A stretch of 64,000 nt of DNA from Acidimicrobiales bacterium (GCA_016794585.1 JAEUJM010000043.1:182847-246846), one strand, 5' to 3'. Counted from the stretch's first letter, positions 18,081 through 28,553 are shown. Numbers and translations are program-made. The notes: a model not told the origin generated them from the letters alone.

Positions 18081-19915
18081 CGAGACGCATCGGAGCGGTC
18101 CTGCTGTGCATGGTGCTGGCCGCCGGCGCCGTGGCCTGCTCGACCGGTGGCGACGAGAGCAGCTCGGACACCGTGGCCGAGGACGGCCTGCTCGGCGAGG
18201 ACCCGGGCGACTGCGTGGTCGTCGACATGGCGGTCTCCCCCGAGAAGATCGACCTCATGACCGACCTGGCCCGCACCTTCAACGACTCGGACGACGCCCA
18301 GCTGGGCGACGAGTGCATCTTCGTGCGGCCGCAGCGCAAGTCGTCCGGCGGCAGCGAGCAGCTCCTGCGCGACGGCTGGGACGAGGCGGTCGAGGGCCCG
18401 CTCCCGGTCATCTGGTCACCCGCCTCCAGCGCGTGGGGCGCGGTGCTCAACCAGCAGCTCACCGACCAGGGTGACGAGCCCATCGCCACCGAGGGCGAGC
18501 CGTTCATGCTCACCCCGCTGGTCATCGCCATGCCCGAGCCCATGGCCGAGGCCCTCGGCTACCCCGACGAGCCCGTGGGTTGGGCCGACGTCCTGCGCCT
18601 GTCCCGCGACCCCGAGGGCTGGGCCGCATTCGGCCACCCCGAGTGGGGCCCCTTCCGGCTGGGCAAGACCAACCCGAACTTCTCGACCAGCGGGCTGTCC
18701 GCCCTCATCGCCCAGGCCTACGCCAACACCGGCAAGACCGAGGGCCTCACCATCGAGGACCTCGACCAGCCCGAGGTGGCCGAGGCGGCCCGGGACGTCG
18801 AATCGGCCGTCGTGCACTACGGCGACACCACCTTGACCTTCCTCAACAACATGTACCGGGCCGACCAGCGGGGCAACGCCCTCACCTACGCCTCGGCCAT
18901 CGCCGTCGAGGAGAAGTCGGTCATCGACTACAACACCGGCAACCCCGACGGTGTGCTCGACCCGGGCGAGGAGCCGCGTCCGCCCCGCGTCCCGCTCGTG
19001 GCCATCTACCCCGAGGAGGGGACGCTGTTCAGCGACAACCCCCTCATCACGCTCGACGCCGAGTGGGTGTCGCAGGCCGAGCAGGACGCCGCCGCCAAGT
19101 TCATCGAGTTCGTCCAGCAGCCCGAGAACCAGGAGCGGGTGCTCGAGTTCGGCTTCCGTCCCGGCAACCCCGACGTGGCTCTCGCCGCGCCGATCGTGGC
19201 CGAGAACGGGGTCGACCCCGACCAGCCCCAGACCCTCCTCGAGGTGCCCGAGCCCGAGGTGATGGTGGCTCTGCTCGACAAGTGGGACCGCCAGCGCAAG
19301 GGCGCGCAGGTGATCCTGCTCATGGACGTGTCCGGCTCCATGGGCGACATCGGCGACCCCGACTCCGGCGAGACCAAGCTCGACCTCGCCAAGCGCGCCG
19401 CCATCGAGGCGCTCGACGACTTCGCCGAGCAGGACGAGGTGGGGCTGCGCGTGTTCTCCACCGACCTCGGGCCATCGGGCACCGCCGAGTTCGTCGACGT
19501 CGTCCCGGTCGGCCCCATCGCCGATCAGCGAGAGCAACTGGCCGACGCCATCGCCGACCTCGTGCCCACCAACGGCACGCCGCTCTACAGCGCCACCCAG
19601 GCCGCCTACGAGGACGCCGTCGCCGCGTTCGACCCCGACCGCATCAACGCCGTGGTCTTGTTGTCCGACGGTGTGAACGACGACGGCGACACCTCCGACG
19701 ACGACGAGCAGCTCGACGAGCTGCTCGCCAGCCTCCAGTCCGACAGCGAGGGCCAGCTCTCGTCGCCCGTGCGGGTCTTCCCCATCGCCTACGGCGGCGA
19801 CGCCGACCTCGCCACCCTGCGCCGCATCGCCGAGGCCTCGACCGCCGCCGTCTACGACGCCAGCGACCCCACCTCGATCGACAAGGTCTTCGCCGCCGTG
19901 GTCTCCAACTTCTAG
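18078..19915 (+). CDS. Lipoprotein with a solute-binding-protein-like N-terminal domain and a C-terminal von Willebrand factor A domain
   Basis: Signal peptide plus lipobox LAAGAVACS. The C-terminal MIDAS motif is VILLMDVSGSMGD ... TPLYSATQAAYE ... VVLLSDGVNDDGD. The ATG overlaps the upstream stop. Confidence 0.7.
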
Positions 19916-19922
19916 GCCCCCG

Positions 19923-20732
19923 ATGCCCCGCCTCTCGTTCCGCGACCGCTTCCTGACCCCTCCCGTGGCCCGGGCCATCATGTCGCCGTCGGGCATCCTG
20001 CTCGCCGGGGCGGGGGCCTCGCTGGCCATCCTCGTCGGGCTCGGGCCGATCGGCGCGGTGGCGCTGGGCGCCGCGGCGTGGGCGGGACGGGTCGGCTACG
20101 CGGTCCCCCGCAAGGCGGGCGACGACCGCATCGACCCGTTCACCCTCAACGAGCCGTGGCGGCGATTCGTCCAGTCGGCCCTCCAGTCCCAGAGCCGCTT
20201 CGACCAGGCCGTGCGCAACGCCGAGCGCGGGCCCCTGCGCGACCGTCTCGGGCAGATCGGCGACCGGGTGCACGACGCCGTGCGCGAGAGCTGGCGCATC
20301 GCCCGGCAGGGCCAGGTGCTCGCAGATGCGTCCGGGCAGATCGACACGGCGGGCGTGCAGCGCCAGCTCGACGAGGTGCGGGCCAACGCCGACGCCCCCT
20401 GGGCGGCGGGGAGCTCGCTCGACAAGACCGCCGCCGCCCTCGAGGCGCAGCTCGCCTCGGCCCGACGACTCGCCACGGTGACCCGCGAGGCCGAGGATCG
20501 TCTGCGCCTCCTGAACGCCCGCATGGACGAGATGGTGGCCCGGGCCATCGAGCTCTCGGTCGACGCCAGCCAGGTGGACGAGCTCGGTGGGCTCGGCTCC
20601 GACGTCGACAGCCTCGTCGACGAGATGGAGGCCCTGCGCCTCGCCATGGACGAGACCGACCGGATGGGCGACGCACCGCCTCCCGAGCTCCCGCCCCCCA
20701 CCGCCGCGCCAGGGACGCCGTCGCCGGCGTGA
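19923..20732 (+). CDS. Hypothetical membrane protein (two N-terminal TM helices plus coiled-coil region)
   Basis: Hydrophobic segments GILLAGAGASLAILVGLGPIGAVALGAAAWA are followed by an Ala/Arg/Glu-rich helical region. The stop overlaps the murJ GTG start (GTGA). Confidence 0.5.
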   Translation: MPRLSFRDRFLTPPVARAIMSPSGILLAGAGASLAILVGLGPIGAVALGAAAWAGRVGYAVPRKAGDDRIDPFTLNEPWRRFVQSALQSQSRFDQAVRNAERGPLRDRLGQIGDRVHDAVRESWRIARQGQVLADASGQIDTAGVQRQLDEVRANADAPWAAGSSLDKTAAALEAQLASARRLATVTREAEDRLRLLNARMDEMVARAIELSVDASQVDELGGLGSDVDSLVDEMEALRLAMDETDRMGDAPPPELPPPTAAPGTPSPA

Positions 20733-22369
20733 GCAACACGGGGCCCGAGCGGCCCGGCGAGGCGGCCGCCACCGGTCGCCTGGTCAAGTCCAGCGCGGTC
20801 GTCGGCGTCGGTACCGGGCTGAGCCGCCTGAGCGGCCTCCTGCGGGTCGGCGCGCTCACGTACGCGCTCGGTGCCACCACGCTGAGCGACGCGTACAACC
20901 TGGCCAACACCACGCCCAACATCGTCTACGAGCTCATCCTCGGCGGCATCCTCTCGGCCACGCTCGTGCCGATCTTCGTCGACCACCTCGAGCACGACGA
21001 CGAGGAGGGCACCTCCACCGTCGTCACCGTGGCCGTCGTGTCCCTGGCGGTGCTCACGCTCATGGCCATGCTGGCGGCACCGCTCATCATCCACATCTAC
21101 GCCCTGCGCCTGCCGACGGACGAGGCGGCGGCACAGGCAGAGGTGGCGGTGCCTCTCCTGCGCCTCTTCCTCCCCCAGATCTTCTTCTACGGCCTCATGA
21201 GCCTCGGCACCGCACTGCTCAACGCCCGTCGCTCGTTCTTCGCCCCGGCCTACGCCCCCATCCTCAACAACGTCGTGGTGATCGCGATGCTGGTGGGCTT
21301 CGCGGTGGTGGCCGGCAGCTCACCCAGCCTCGACCAGGTGCAGGGCGACACTTCGCTCCTGCTCCTGCTCGGGGTGGGCACCACCGCCGGCATCGTGGCC
21401 ATGACGGTGGCCCTGTGGCCCGCCATCCGCCGTGCGGGCATCCGGCTCCGCTTCCGCTTCGACCTCCGGCACCCGTCGGTGCGCAAGGTCGCGGGGCTGT
21501 CGGGCTGGACCCTCGGCTACGCCGCCTGCAACCAGGTCGCCCTGTTCGTCGTACTGGCACTCGCGACGGGCGAGGGGGCCGGTGCCGTCTCGGCCTACAC
21601 GTACGCCTTCATCTTCTTCCAGCTCCCCCACGGTCTCCTGGCCGTCTCGATCATGACGACGTTCCTGCCCGATCTCTCCGCGTTCGCCGCCCGCCTCGAC
21701 TTCGCCGGGTTCCGCGACCGGTTCGGCCTGGGGCTGCGCCTGCTCATCCTGGTGATCCTGCCCGCCGCCGTGGGCTACGTCCTGCTCGCGAGGCCAGTGA
21801 TCGCCGCCCTCCTCGAGCGAGGGGCCTTCGGCGACACCTCCGGCGATCTGACCGCCGAGGTGCTGGCGGCCATGGCCCTCGGCCTGGTGGGCTTCTCCGT
21901 CTACTTGTTCGTCCTCCGCGGCTTCTACGCGTTGAAGGACACCCGCACGCCCTTCCTGCTCAACCTGTTCGAGAACGCGGTCAACATCGCCCTGGCCTTC
22001 GCGCTGGTCGGCCGCTTCGGCGCCCAGGGGCTCGCCCTCGCCTACGCCGCGGCGTACTCCGCCGCCGGCCTCCTCGCGGTGTTCGTGCTGCGTCGTCGCA
22101 TCGGCGGGCTCGACGGACGCCGCACCCTCAGCGCCATCGGGCGCATGGCGGTCGCAGCCGTGGTGATGGCTGTGGCGGTGCTCCTGGCCCGCGAGCTGAT
22201 CGGTTCGAACGAGGGGCTCGGCGCGGTCGCCCGCACGACCGCCGGCGTGGTGGTGGGTGCTGCGGTCTACCTCGGCGCCCTCTACGCGCTCCGCCTCCAG
22301 GAGCTGCACGAGCTGGTGGCGCGCTTCCGGCGGCGAGGAGCGGGGAACGCCGCCACCCCTGCCCTGTAG
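20729..22369 (+). CDS. murJ: Lipid II flippase MurJ (MviN family)
   Basis: About 14 TM segments with MurJ-family motifs (LSDAYNLANTTPNIVYELILGGILSATLVP, FFAPAYAPILNNVVVI). GTG start overlaps the upstream stop. Confidence 0.85.
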   Translation: MSNTGPERPGEAAATGRLVKSSAVVGVGTGLSRLSGLLRVGALTYALGATTLSDAYNLANTTPNIVYELILGGILSATLVPIFVDHLEHDDEEGTSTVVTVAVVSLAVLTLMAMLAAPLIIHIYALRLPTDEAAAQAEVAVPLLRLFLPQIFFYGLMSLGTALLNARRSFFAPAYAPILNNVVVIAMLVGFAVVAGSSPSLDQVQGDTSLLLLLGVGTTAGIVAMTVALWPAIRRAGIRLRFRFDLRHPSVRKVAGLSGWTLGYAACNQVALFVVLALATGEGAGAVSAYTYAFIFFQLPHGLLAVSIMTTFLPDLSAFAARLDFAGFRDRFGLGLRLLILVILPAAVGYVLLARPVIAALLERGAFGDTSGDLTAEVLAAMALGLVGFSVYLFVLRGFYALKDTRTPFLLNLFENAVNIALAFALVGRFGAQGLALAYAAAYSAAGLLAVFVLRRRIGGLDGRRTLSAIGRMAVAAVVMAVAVLLARELIGSNEGLGAVARTTAGVVVGAAVYLGALYALRLQELHELVARFRRRGAGNAATPAL

Positions 22370-22379
22370 GCTCTCGGGC

Positions 22380-23180
22380 ATGGGAAAGCTCATGCGTCGG
22401 TGGTGGAAGTACTGGACCGCCAAGCTCACCGGGAAGTTCAACGAGAGCGCTGATCCGAAGATCCAGCTCGAGCAGGCCATCCAGGAAGCCCAGGACCAGC
22501 ACCGCCGGCTCAAGGAGCAGGCGGCGAACGTCATCGCCAACCAGAAGCAGACCGAGATGCGGTTGAACCGCACCCTCGAAGAGCTCGAGAAGGTCACCGG
22601 CAACGCCCGCCAGGCCGTGATGATGGCCGACGAAGCGTCCAAGAAGGGCGACCAGGAGAAGGCAGCCGAGTACACCCGGGCCGCCGAGTCGATCGCCAAC
22701 CGCCTCATCGCCCTCGAGAGCGAGGTCGAGAACCTGAAGGCGCTGTCGCTCCAGAGTGCCCAGGCCTCCGATCAGGCCAAGGCCGCCGTCGCCCAGAACT
22801 CCGCCCAGCTCCAGAAGAAGCTGGCCGAGCGCCAGAAGCTCATGGGCCAGCTCGACCAGGCCAAGATGCAGGAGCAGGTCAACAAGGCCATGGCCTCGCT
22901 CAGCGAGACCGTCGGCGAGGACGTCCCCACCTTCGACGAGGTGCGCGACAAGATCGAGGCCCGGTACGCGAAGGCCAAGGGCATGTCCGAGCTCCAGGAG
23001 GAGTCGGTCGAGAGCCGCATGCTCGAGATCGAGCAGGCCACCATGAACACCGAGGCCACCGCCCGCCTGTCGGAGATCCGGGCCCAGATGGGCCTCGAGG
23101 CGCCGGCCGAGGCGGCCGCACCGCAGGTGGAGGCCGCGGCCGAGCCCGCTCCCGCCGAGTCGCCCGAGCCGTCCGCCTGA
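22380..23180 (+). CDS. pspA: PspA/IM30 family envelope-stress protein
   Basis: The N-terminus MGKLMRRWWKYWTAKLTGKFNESADPKIQLEQAIQEAQ, followed by a long coiled coil, is typical of the PspA/Vipp1 family. Confidence 0.8.
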   Translation: MGKLMRRWWKYWTAKLTGKFNESADPKIQLEQAIQEAQDQHRRLKEQAANVIANQKQTEMRLNRTLEELEKVTGNARQAVMMADEASKKGDQEKAAEYTRAAESIANRLIALESEVENLKALSLQSAQASDQAKAAVAQNSAQLQKKLAERQKLMGQLDQAKMQEQVNKAMASLSETVGEDVPTFDEVRDKIEARYAKAKGMSELQEESVESRMLEIEQATMNTEATARLSEIRAQMGLEAPAEAAAPQVEAAAEPAPAESPEPSA

Positions 23181-23208
23181 CCGCTCTCCCGACGCCCTCG
23201 GGCGTGGG

Positions 23209-24267
23209 CTAGGGAAGCACCACCAGATCGTCGCGGTGCACGACCAGTTGGTCGCGCACGCCCGCGGCGATCTCCCGGCTGGGCAGACGCACCAGCCCCT
23301 TGGCGAACACGGCGCCCGACGGGTCTTTGACCTCTACGGCGTCGTTCACCTCGAAGGTCCCGGTCACGGCGACCACCCCCGCGGCCAGCAACGACCGGTT
23401 GGCCTCCACGAGGGCCCTGCGGGCGCCGTCATCGACCGTGAGCGACCCCGACGAGCCGACCGCGAAGGCGATCCAGAGCTTGCGGGCCGTGATGCGCCGG
23501 TCCTGGGGCAGCACCGTGGTGCCCACGCCGCTGATACCCGCGACGGCGTCGGCCAGCACGCCGTCGCGGTGCGCGGCGGCCACCACCGCCCGCACCCCCG
23601 ACCACGCGGCGATCTTGGCCGCCCGAAGCTTCGAGCTCATGCCCCCGCTCCCCCGCACCGTGCCGGTCCCGCCGGCGCGCCGCTCGAGGTCGTTGTCGAC
23701 CTCGACGATCTCCTCGATGAGCGATGCGGTCTCGTCGAGCCGGGGGTCCGCGGTGAGGACCCCCACCGTGTCGGTGAGCAGGACGAGGACGTCGGCACCG
23801 AGCAGGTGCGCCACCAGGGCGGCGAGGCGGTCGTTGTCGCCGAAGCGGATCTCGTCGTCGGCGATGGCGTCGTTCTCGTTCACCACGGGCACGACCCCGA
23901 GCTCGAGGAGCCGCTCGAGGGTTGCCCGGGCGTGCAGATACTGCTGGCGGACGATGAAATCGAGCGGCGCGAGCAGCAGCTGCCCGGCGACGAGTCCGTG
24001 CTCGGCGAGGGCGGCGTCGTAGACCCGCATCAGGCGGCTCTGGCCGATGGCCGACGCCGCCTGGAGGGTGACGGCGTCCTTTGGCCGCTCGGGGAAAGCG
24101 AGGCTGGGCAGGCCCGCGGCGATGGCCCCCGACGTCACGGCCACGACCTGGTGGCCGGCGGAGCGGAGCCCAGCGACGTCGCCGCAGAACTTGGCGATGG
24201 CGCGTTCGTCGATGGTGCCGTGCTCGTCGGTGATCGACGAGGTCCCGATCTTCGCGACGACCCTCAC
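23209..24267 (-). CDS. proB: Glutamate 5-kinase
   Basis: Amino-acid-kinase fold (VVAKIGTSSITDE..., VVPVVNENDAIADDEIRFGDNDRLAA) plus a C-terminal PUA domain. GTG start at 24267. The N-terminal extension in the ORF track is spurious. Confidence 0.9.
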   Translation of the reverse strand: MRVVAKIGTSSITDEHGTIDERAIAKFCGDVAGLRSAGHQVVAVTSGAIAAGLPSLAFPERPKDAVTLQAASAIGQSRLMRVYDAALAEHGLVAGQLLLAPLDFIVRQQYLHARATLERLLELGVVPVVNENDAIADDEIRFGDNDRLAALVAHLLGADVLVLLTDTVGVLTADPRLDETASLIEEIVEVDNDLERRAGGTGTVRGSGGMSSKLRAAKIAAWSGVRAVVAAAHRDGVLADAVAGISGVGTTVLPQDRRITARKLWIAFAVGSSGSLTVDDGARRALVEANRSLLAAGVVAVTGTFEVNDAVEVKDPSGAVFAKGLVRLPSREIAAGVRDQLVVHRDDLVVLP

Positions 24268-24289
24268 GTTCCCACCCGATCGCCCACCG

Positions 24290-25567
24290 TCAGCCGAACA
24301 GGTCCGGCTCGTAGTCGAACGCGACCGCGCCGATGCGCACCGTGTCGCCCTCCTGTGCGCCGGCCCGCGCCAGAGCGCGGTCGACGCCGACCTTGCGGAG
24401 CCGGTGCTGCGCGTACTCGAGGGCGTCGGCGTTGGTGAGGTCCGACAGCGCCACGGCCCGCTCGGCCTGGCGACCGATGACCCGGAAGCTGCCGTCGTCC
24501 TCCCGCTCGATGCGCACCCCCTCCTGCTCGGGCCGGTGCACGACGAACGCATGGTCGCGATCGGCACCCTCGGCCGCCCGGGCCTCACTGACCAGGTTGG
24601 CCATGCGCCCGACGAGCTCGGGCAGTCCCTGACCGGTCACTGCCGACACGTCGAGCACCCGCTCGGCGTCCTCGTCGCCCTGCCCGTCGGCGAGGTCGGC
24701 CCGCGAGCCGATGATCAGCCGTGGGCGGTCGAGCAGATCGGCCTGGTAGTCACCCAGCTCGCGCAACAGGACCGCCTCCTGCTCCGCGGGCGGCCGCTCG
24801 GCCACCGGTGAGAGGTCGAGCAGGACGACCAGGGCGCGGGCCCGCTCGACGTGGCGCAGGAACTGGTGGCCGAGGCCCTTGCCCTCGCTCGCCCCTTCGA
24901 TGAGCCCGGGGATGTCGGCGACCACGAACTCGACGCCGGGTCGGGCGCTGTCATCGGGCATGCGCACCACGCCGAGGTTGGGCTCGAGGGTGGTGAACGG
25001 GTAGTCCGCGATCTTCGGCTTGGCCGCCGAGATGCGGGAGATCAGAGTGCTCTTGCCCACGTTGGGGAAACCCACGAGGGCGACGTCGGCCATGAGCCGC
25101 AGCTCGAGGCGGAGCCAGCGCTCCTCGCCCTCCTCACCCTGCTCGGCGAAGGCCGGAGCCCGGCGGCGGTTGGACAGGAAGCGGGCGTTACCCCGCCCGC
25201 CCTGGCCGCCTTGGGCGGCCAGCCAGCGATCGCCGGTGGTCACGAGGTCGGCGAGCAGCTCGCCGTCCTGGGCGTACACGGTGGTGCCCTCGGGCACCGG
25301 CACGATGAGGTCCTCGCCGCCGGCGCCGTGCTTGCGTTTGCCCTGGCCGTGGGTGCCACTGGTGGCCCGGCGGTGAGGGTGGTCGCGGAAGGCGAGGAGG
25401 GAGGCCACGTTGTTGTCGGCCACGAGCCAGATGTCGCCGCCCCGGCCGCCGTCGCCTCCGTCGGGACCGCCCTTGGCCACGTGGGCCTCGCGCCGGAACG
25501 CGACGCAGCCCGCGCCACCATCACCACCGCGGACGTTCAGCCCGCACTCGTCGACGAATCCCGACAC
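24290..25567 (-). CDS. obg: GTPase Obg/CgtA
   Basis: Obg N-terminal glycine-rich fold (FVDECGLNVRGGDGGAGCVAFRRE), then a G domain (GFPNVGKSTLIS, DIPGLIEGA) and a C-terminal TGS-like region. It is adjacent to proB, as in the canonical operon. Confidence 0.9.
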   Translation of the reverse strand: MSGFVDECGLNVRGGDGGAGCVAFRREAHVAKGGPDGGDGGRGGDIWLVADNNVASLLAFRDHPHRRATSGTHGQGKRKHGAGGEDLIVPVPEGTTVYAQDGELLADLVTTGDRWLAAQGGQGGRGNARFLSNRRRAPAFAEQGEEGEERWLRLELRLMADVALVGFPNVGKSTLISRISAAKPKIADYPFTTLEPNLGVVRMPDDSARPGVEFVVADIPGLIEGASEGKGLGHQFLRHVERARALVVLLDLSPVAERPPAEQEAVLLRELGDYQADLLDRPRLIIGSRADLADGQGDEDAERVLDVSAVTGQGLPELVGRMANLVSEARAAEGADRDHAFVVHRPEQEGVRIEREDDGSFRVIGRQAERAVALSDLTNADALEYAQHRLRKVGVDRALARAGAQEGDTVRIGAVAFDYEPDLFG

Positions 25568-25606
25568 CTGTTCAGGATAGGGAGGCGGAGGCCCACCTCC
25601 CGGCCA

Positions 25607-27163
25607 TTACCCGTCGCGGACCAGGTGGACCGGGTCGCCGATGATCTGCGCGCTCCAGGTCGTGCGGTCGTTCGGCTGTCCGCCGAACTGGTAGTTGATC
25701 CTCCACCAGCATCCCGGCAAGGTGCCGAGCGTGCAGGCGTAGTTGCTCGGCAGGCTTACGTCGATGTCCAGCCACTGGCCGTTGAAGAGCGGGCTGCCGC
25801 CGTTCGAGGTCTGGATGGTGCACGTGGCGAGGGTGGTGGACACCCCGGTGGCCCGGTTGCGGTAGGTGCACGGGGGAATGGTCCCGTCGGGGCGCTTCAC
25901 GCTGAGGTAGGCGTTGCCGGACTGGCCGTCACCGGGGTCGAAGAGGCTGACCTCGAAGGTCTTGCCGGCGTGGATCTGATCGACCTCGGCCAGGTAGAAG
26001 TCGGCCGTCGCGGTCGCGGCGTTGTTGAACATCGACATGTCCGATAGCGCGTAGACCCGGGGCTGACCGGTCGTCGACGTCGACGTGCACGACCCGGTGC
26101 CCGAGCACACTCGGATGGCGTACTGGTTCCACCCGTTGCCGGAGTCCGTCGAGCCGGTGATGCCGCTGGAGCGCACGACCAGAGGGAACACACCCGCCTG
26201 GCCGACCGTGACCCGGCACAGCAGCGCCCACTGGTTCTTGTAGGTGCCGGAGCTGGCCTCGGCGTCCAGGGTGAGCTTCCCGTTCGCCCCGGAACCGTTG
26301 CACTGGCCCGCCAGGCTGGGGTTGTCGCTGTTGTCGAGGGGGGTGTTGTCCGAGCGGTACATCTCGTACTGCGTGCGCACGCCGGTCGCCGCGTTCGAGC
26401 CCGAGCAGGCGTTCTGGCCACACGCCTGGGTGTTGTCCGCGGTCTCGACGGTCGGGTAGTTCGTCCGGTGGTAGTGCCCGGCGTCGTAGAGCTCGACGGT
26501 GAGGGACTGGCCCACCATCGAGGCCGGGACGTTGATCCCGTAGCTGTAGCCCTCGGTGCGGTACTCCGTGTTGCTCTGCGTGCACGACGTGCCCGAGGAG
26601 CCTGCGCCGCACTTCGTCGAGTAGGGGTCGCCGTTGTTCCGGTCGGTGTAGGGCCCGGAGATCGACCCCCAGAAGTTCGGGTTCACCCCCGCCACGGGGT
26701 CGTTGCCGAAGCGGTTCAGTGGGCTCCCGAGTGGCACCGGGAGCACGTACTCGGCGGTGGCCGCCCGGGTGATGGCGACATCGCCGATGAACAGCTCGGA
26801 GAAGAACTGGTCGGCCTGGGCGTCCTGGATGATCACCCGGAGCTTGCGGGTCGAGGTCGCGTCACCGGTGACCGTGATGGTGATGTTGTCCTGGCCGTTC
26901 ACGAACCCGTTGCGCTGCGCCGTGGCGAGCGCGACCGTGCGGGCCTGGGCCAGGTCGGGCATCCAGACCACCCCGGCGAGGGCCGCGGCGTCGGCGGCGC
27001 GCTGGATCCGGTTGGCCCGGGCGTACCAGGCGCCGACGTCGGTGGCGAAGCCGGTGAAGGCCAGCAGGGGCAGCAGCAACAGGGCGGCGAGGACGAGGGC
27101 GTACCCCTTCTCCCCGCGGAAGCGGCGCCGGCGGTCGGTGACGGGTCGAGACGGCACGGGCAC
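25607..27163 (-). CDS. TadG-like pseudopilin (Flp pilus-assembly TadG N-terminal 'Tad' domain protein)
   Basis: N-terminal RFRGEKGYALVLAALLLLPLLAFTGFATDVGAWYARANRIQRAADAAALAG is the Tad (PF13400-like) domain. A large Ser/Thr/Gly/Cys-rich extracellular region follows. It lies 3 nt downstream of a TadE-like gene. Confidence 0.7.
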   Translation of the reverse strand: MPVPSRPVTDRRRRFRGEKGYALVLAALLLLPLLAFTGFATDVGAWYARANRIQRAADAAALAGVVWMPDLAQARTVALATAQRNGFVNGQDNITITVTGDATSTRKLRVIIQDAQADQFFSELFIGDVAITRAATAEYVLPVPLGSPLNRFGNDPVAGVNPNFWGSISGPYTDRNNGDPYSTKCGAGSSGTSCTQSNTEYRTEGYSYGINVPASMVGQSLTVELYDAGHYHRTNYPTVETADNTQACGQNACSGSNAATGVRTQYEMYRSDNTPLDNSDNPSLAGQCNGSGANGKLTLDAEASSGTYKNQWALLCRVTVGQAGVFPLVVRSSGITGSTDSGNGWNQYAIRVCSGTGSCTSTSTTGQPRVYALSDMSMFNNAATATADFYLAEVDQIHAGKTFEVSLFDPGDGQSGNAYLSVKRPDGTIPPCTYRNRATGVSTTLATCTIQTSNGGSPLFNGQWLDIDVSLPSNYACTLGTLPGCWWRINYQFGGQPNDRTTWSAQIIGDPVHLVRDG

Positions 27164-27166
27164 CTC

Positions 27167-27784
27167 CTAGATGCTCGGCTCGAGCCGCATGACGGCGTGG
27201 TCGGTGATGGTGAGGCCGCTACCGGGGAACATGCGGGTCACCCACGGGTGGCTGACCGAGATCCAGACCCCGAGGTAGTCGGCGCCGGCCGACTGCTGCG
27301 ACTGACGGTCCAGCGGGCACCAGAAGCGGTCCCAGGCCGCAGCGGAGCAGGACGTCCCGGTCGTGGCGAAGTTGGAGGTGGACAGCGTGGCCAGCTGCGC
27401 ACCCGTGTAGACGTTGCACCGCACCGAGCCCGAGTTGATGCCGGTGGCCGAGGTCGTGCAGTTGGGGGGAACGGCTCCATCGGTCGTGGTCGACCGGTAG
27501 ATGACGACCTTGTTGATCTGAGCGTTGGGGATGGAGGCCACGGCAGCCTGCACGGCGAGCAACGTGTTGTAGTCGGCCATGCGGTCGTTTCCGGCGTTGC
27601 TGCCCACCCGCGCGCCGGCCCGCGTCGTGGAGGCGATGGTGATGGAGTCGCGCCAGGCCAGGCCGAACTCCAAGATGCCGATGGCGATCATCACGAGCAG
27701 CGGCGTGAACAGGATCATCTCGACGAGGGCGGCGCCCCGCTCACCGCGACGCCGCCGCGCCCGAAGGCGCCACAGCGCGGTCAA
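27167..27784 (-). CDS. TadE-like pseudopilin (class III signal peptide, TadE/G N-terminal domain)
   Basis: The motif RRRRGERGAALVEMILFTPLLVMIAIGILEFGLAW is TadE-like. Start is set at TTG 27784, preceded by GGAGGG 6 nt upstream. This start overlaps the upstream TadE stop (TTGA). The ORF tool N-terminal extension is rejected. Confidence 0.7.
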   Translation of the reverse strand: MTALWRLRARRRRGERGAALVEMILFTPLLVMIAIGILEFGLAWRDSITIASTTRAGARVGSNAGNDRMADYNTLLAVQAAVASIPNAQINKVVIYRSTTTDGAVPPNCTTSATGINSGSVRCNVYTGAQLATLSTSNFATTGTSCSAAAWDRFWCPLDRQSQQSAGADYLGVWISVSHPWVTRMFPGSGLTITDHAVMRLEPSI

Positions 27785-28398
27785 TGTGTGCCCTCCGGCT
27801 CCATACGCATCACCGTCGAATCGGTGAAGGTCAGGGACGGGCCGAACAGCCCCGTGACCCAGATGTGCTTCACCTGGATCCACACGCCGACGTAGTCGGG
27901 CGGCCCGTTGGTACCCGTCAGCGCGGTCTTTCGGGTGGTCGGGCACCAGAAGCGGTCGAGGTTGCGGTCACCGCGGCACCCGAACTCGCTCTCGGCCAGG
28001 TCGAGGGCCGCGGCCGTGTAGACGTTGCACGTCCCTTGCACGGGCGTGCCGTTCGCACAGGTCGTGGGCACGACGGTGTTCGGCCCGCTGGCCTCGTAGA
28101 TCACGATGCGCTCGATGTCGCGGCGGTCGATGACGTTGGACGCGTCGGCGATGGTCTGGAGGATGTCGAAGTCGGCGGTCAGGTCGTTGCCGTAGATGCT
28201 GGCGGCACGAGCCCCGTCCCGGGTGGTGTTGGCGACCGCCAGGTAGTCCCGGAAGGCCATCCCGAACTCGAGGATGGAGAACAGGAGGAAGAACAGGACG
28301 GGCGTGATGAAGGCCGCCTCGACGAGGACGGACCCTCGTTCGCCGCGCGCGCGGGCGCCGAGCGGGCCTCGCCCCCTGGTTCCCGTCACCTCTGCCAC
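27781..28398 (-). CDS. TadE-like pseudopilin (class III signal peptide, TadE/G N-terminal domain)
   Basis: The motif ARGERGSVLVEAAFITPVLFFLLFSILEFGMAF is TadE-like. GTG 28398 with GGAGAAGG 7 nt upstream is chosen as start. Confidence 0.7.
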   Translation of the reverse strand: MAEVTGTRGRGPLGARARGERGSVLVEAAFITPVLFFLLFSILEFGMAFRDYLAVANTTRDGARAASIYGNDLTADFDILQTIADASNVIDRRDIERIVIYEASGPNTVVPTTCANGTPVQGTCNVYTAAALDLAESEFGCRGDRNLDRFWCPTTRKTALTGTNGPPDYVGVWIQVKHIWVTGLFGPSLTFTDSTVMRMEPEGTH

Positions 28399-28553
28399 GA
28401 GTTGTCCTTCTCCGACGCCGCTGGCCTTCCTCCTCTGATCGGCCGCAGGAGCCCGGTGGTGAGGGTGCGCCACCGCAAATGGGGTGTGCGCCCCATGCGC
28501 GGGACGGCCCCGGGGCCCGCATGGCTGTCACGGCCCCTGCGTAGGGTGGGGTC

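Noticed and set aside
23181-23208. Short GC hairpin (ACGCCC-TC-GGGCGT) between convergent pspA and proB, considered as a bidirectional terminator
   Set aside because: The stem is only 6 bp, the loop only 2-4 nt, and there is no adjacent T-tract on either strand. This is too weak to call.
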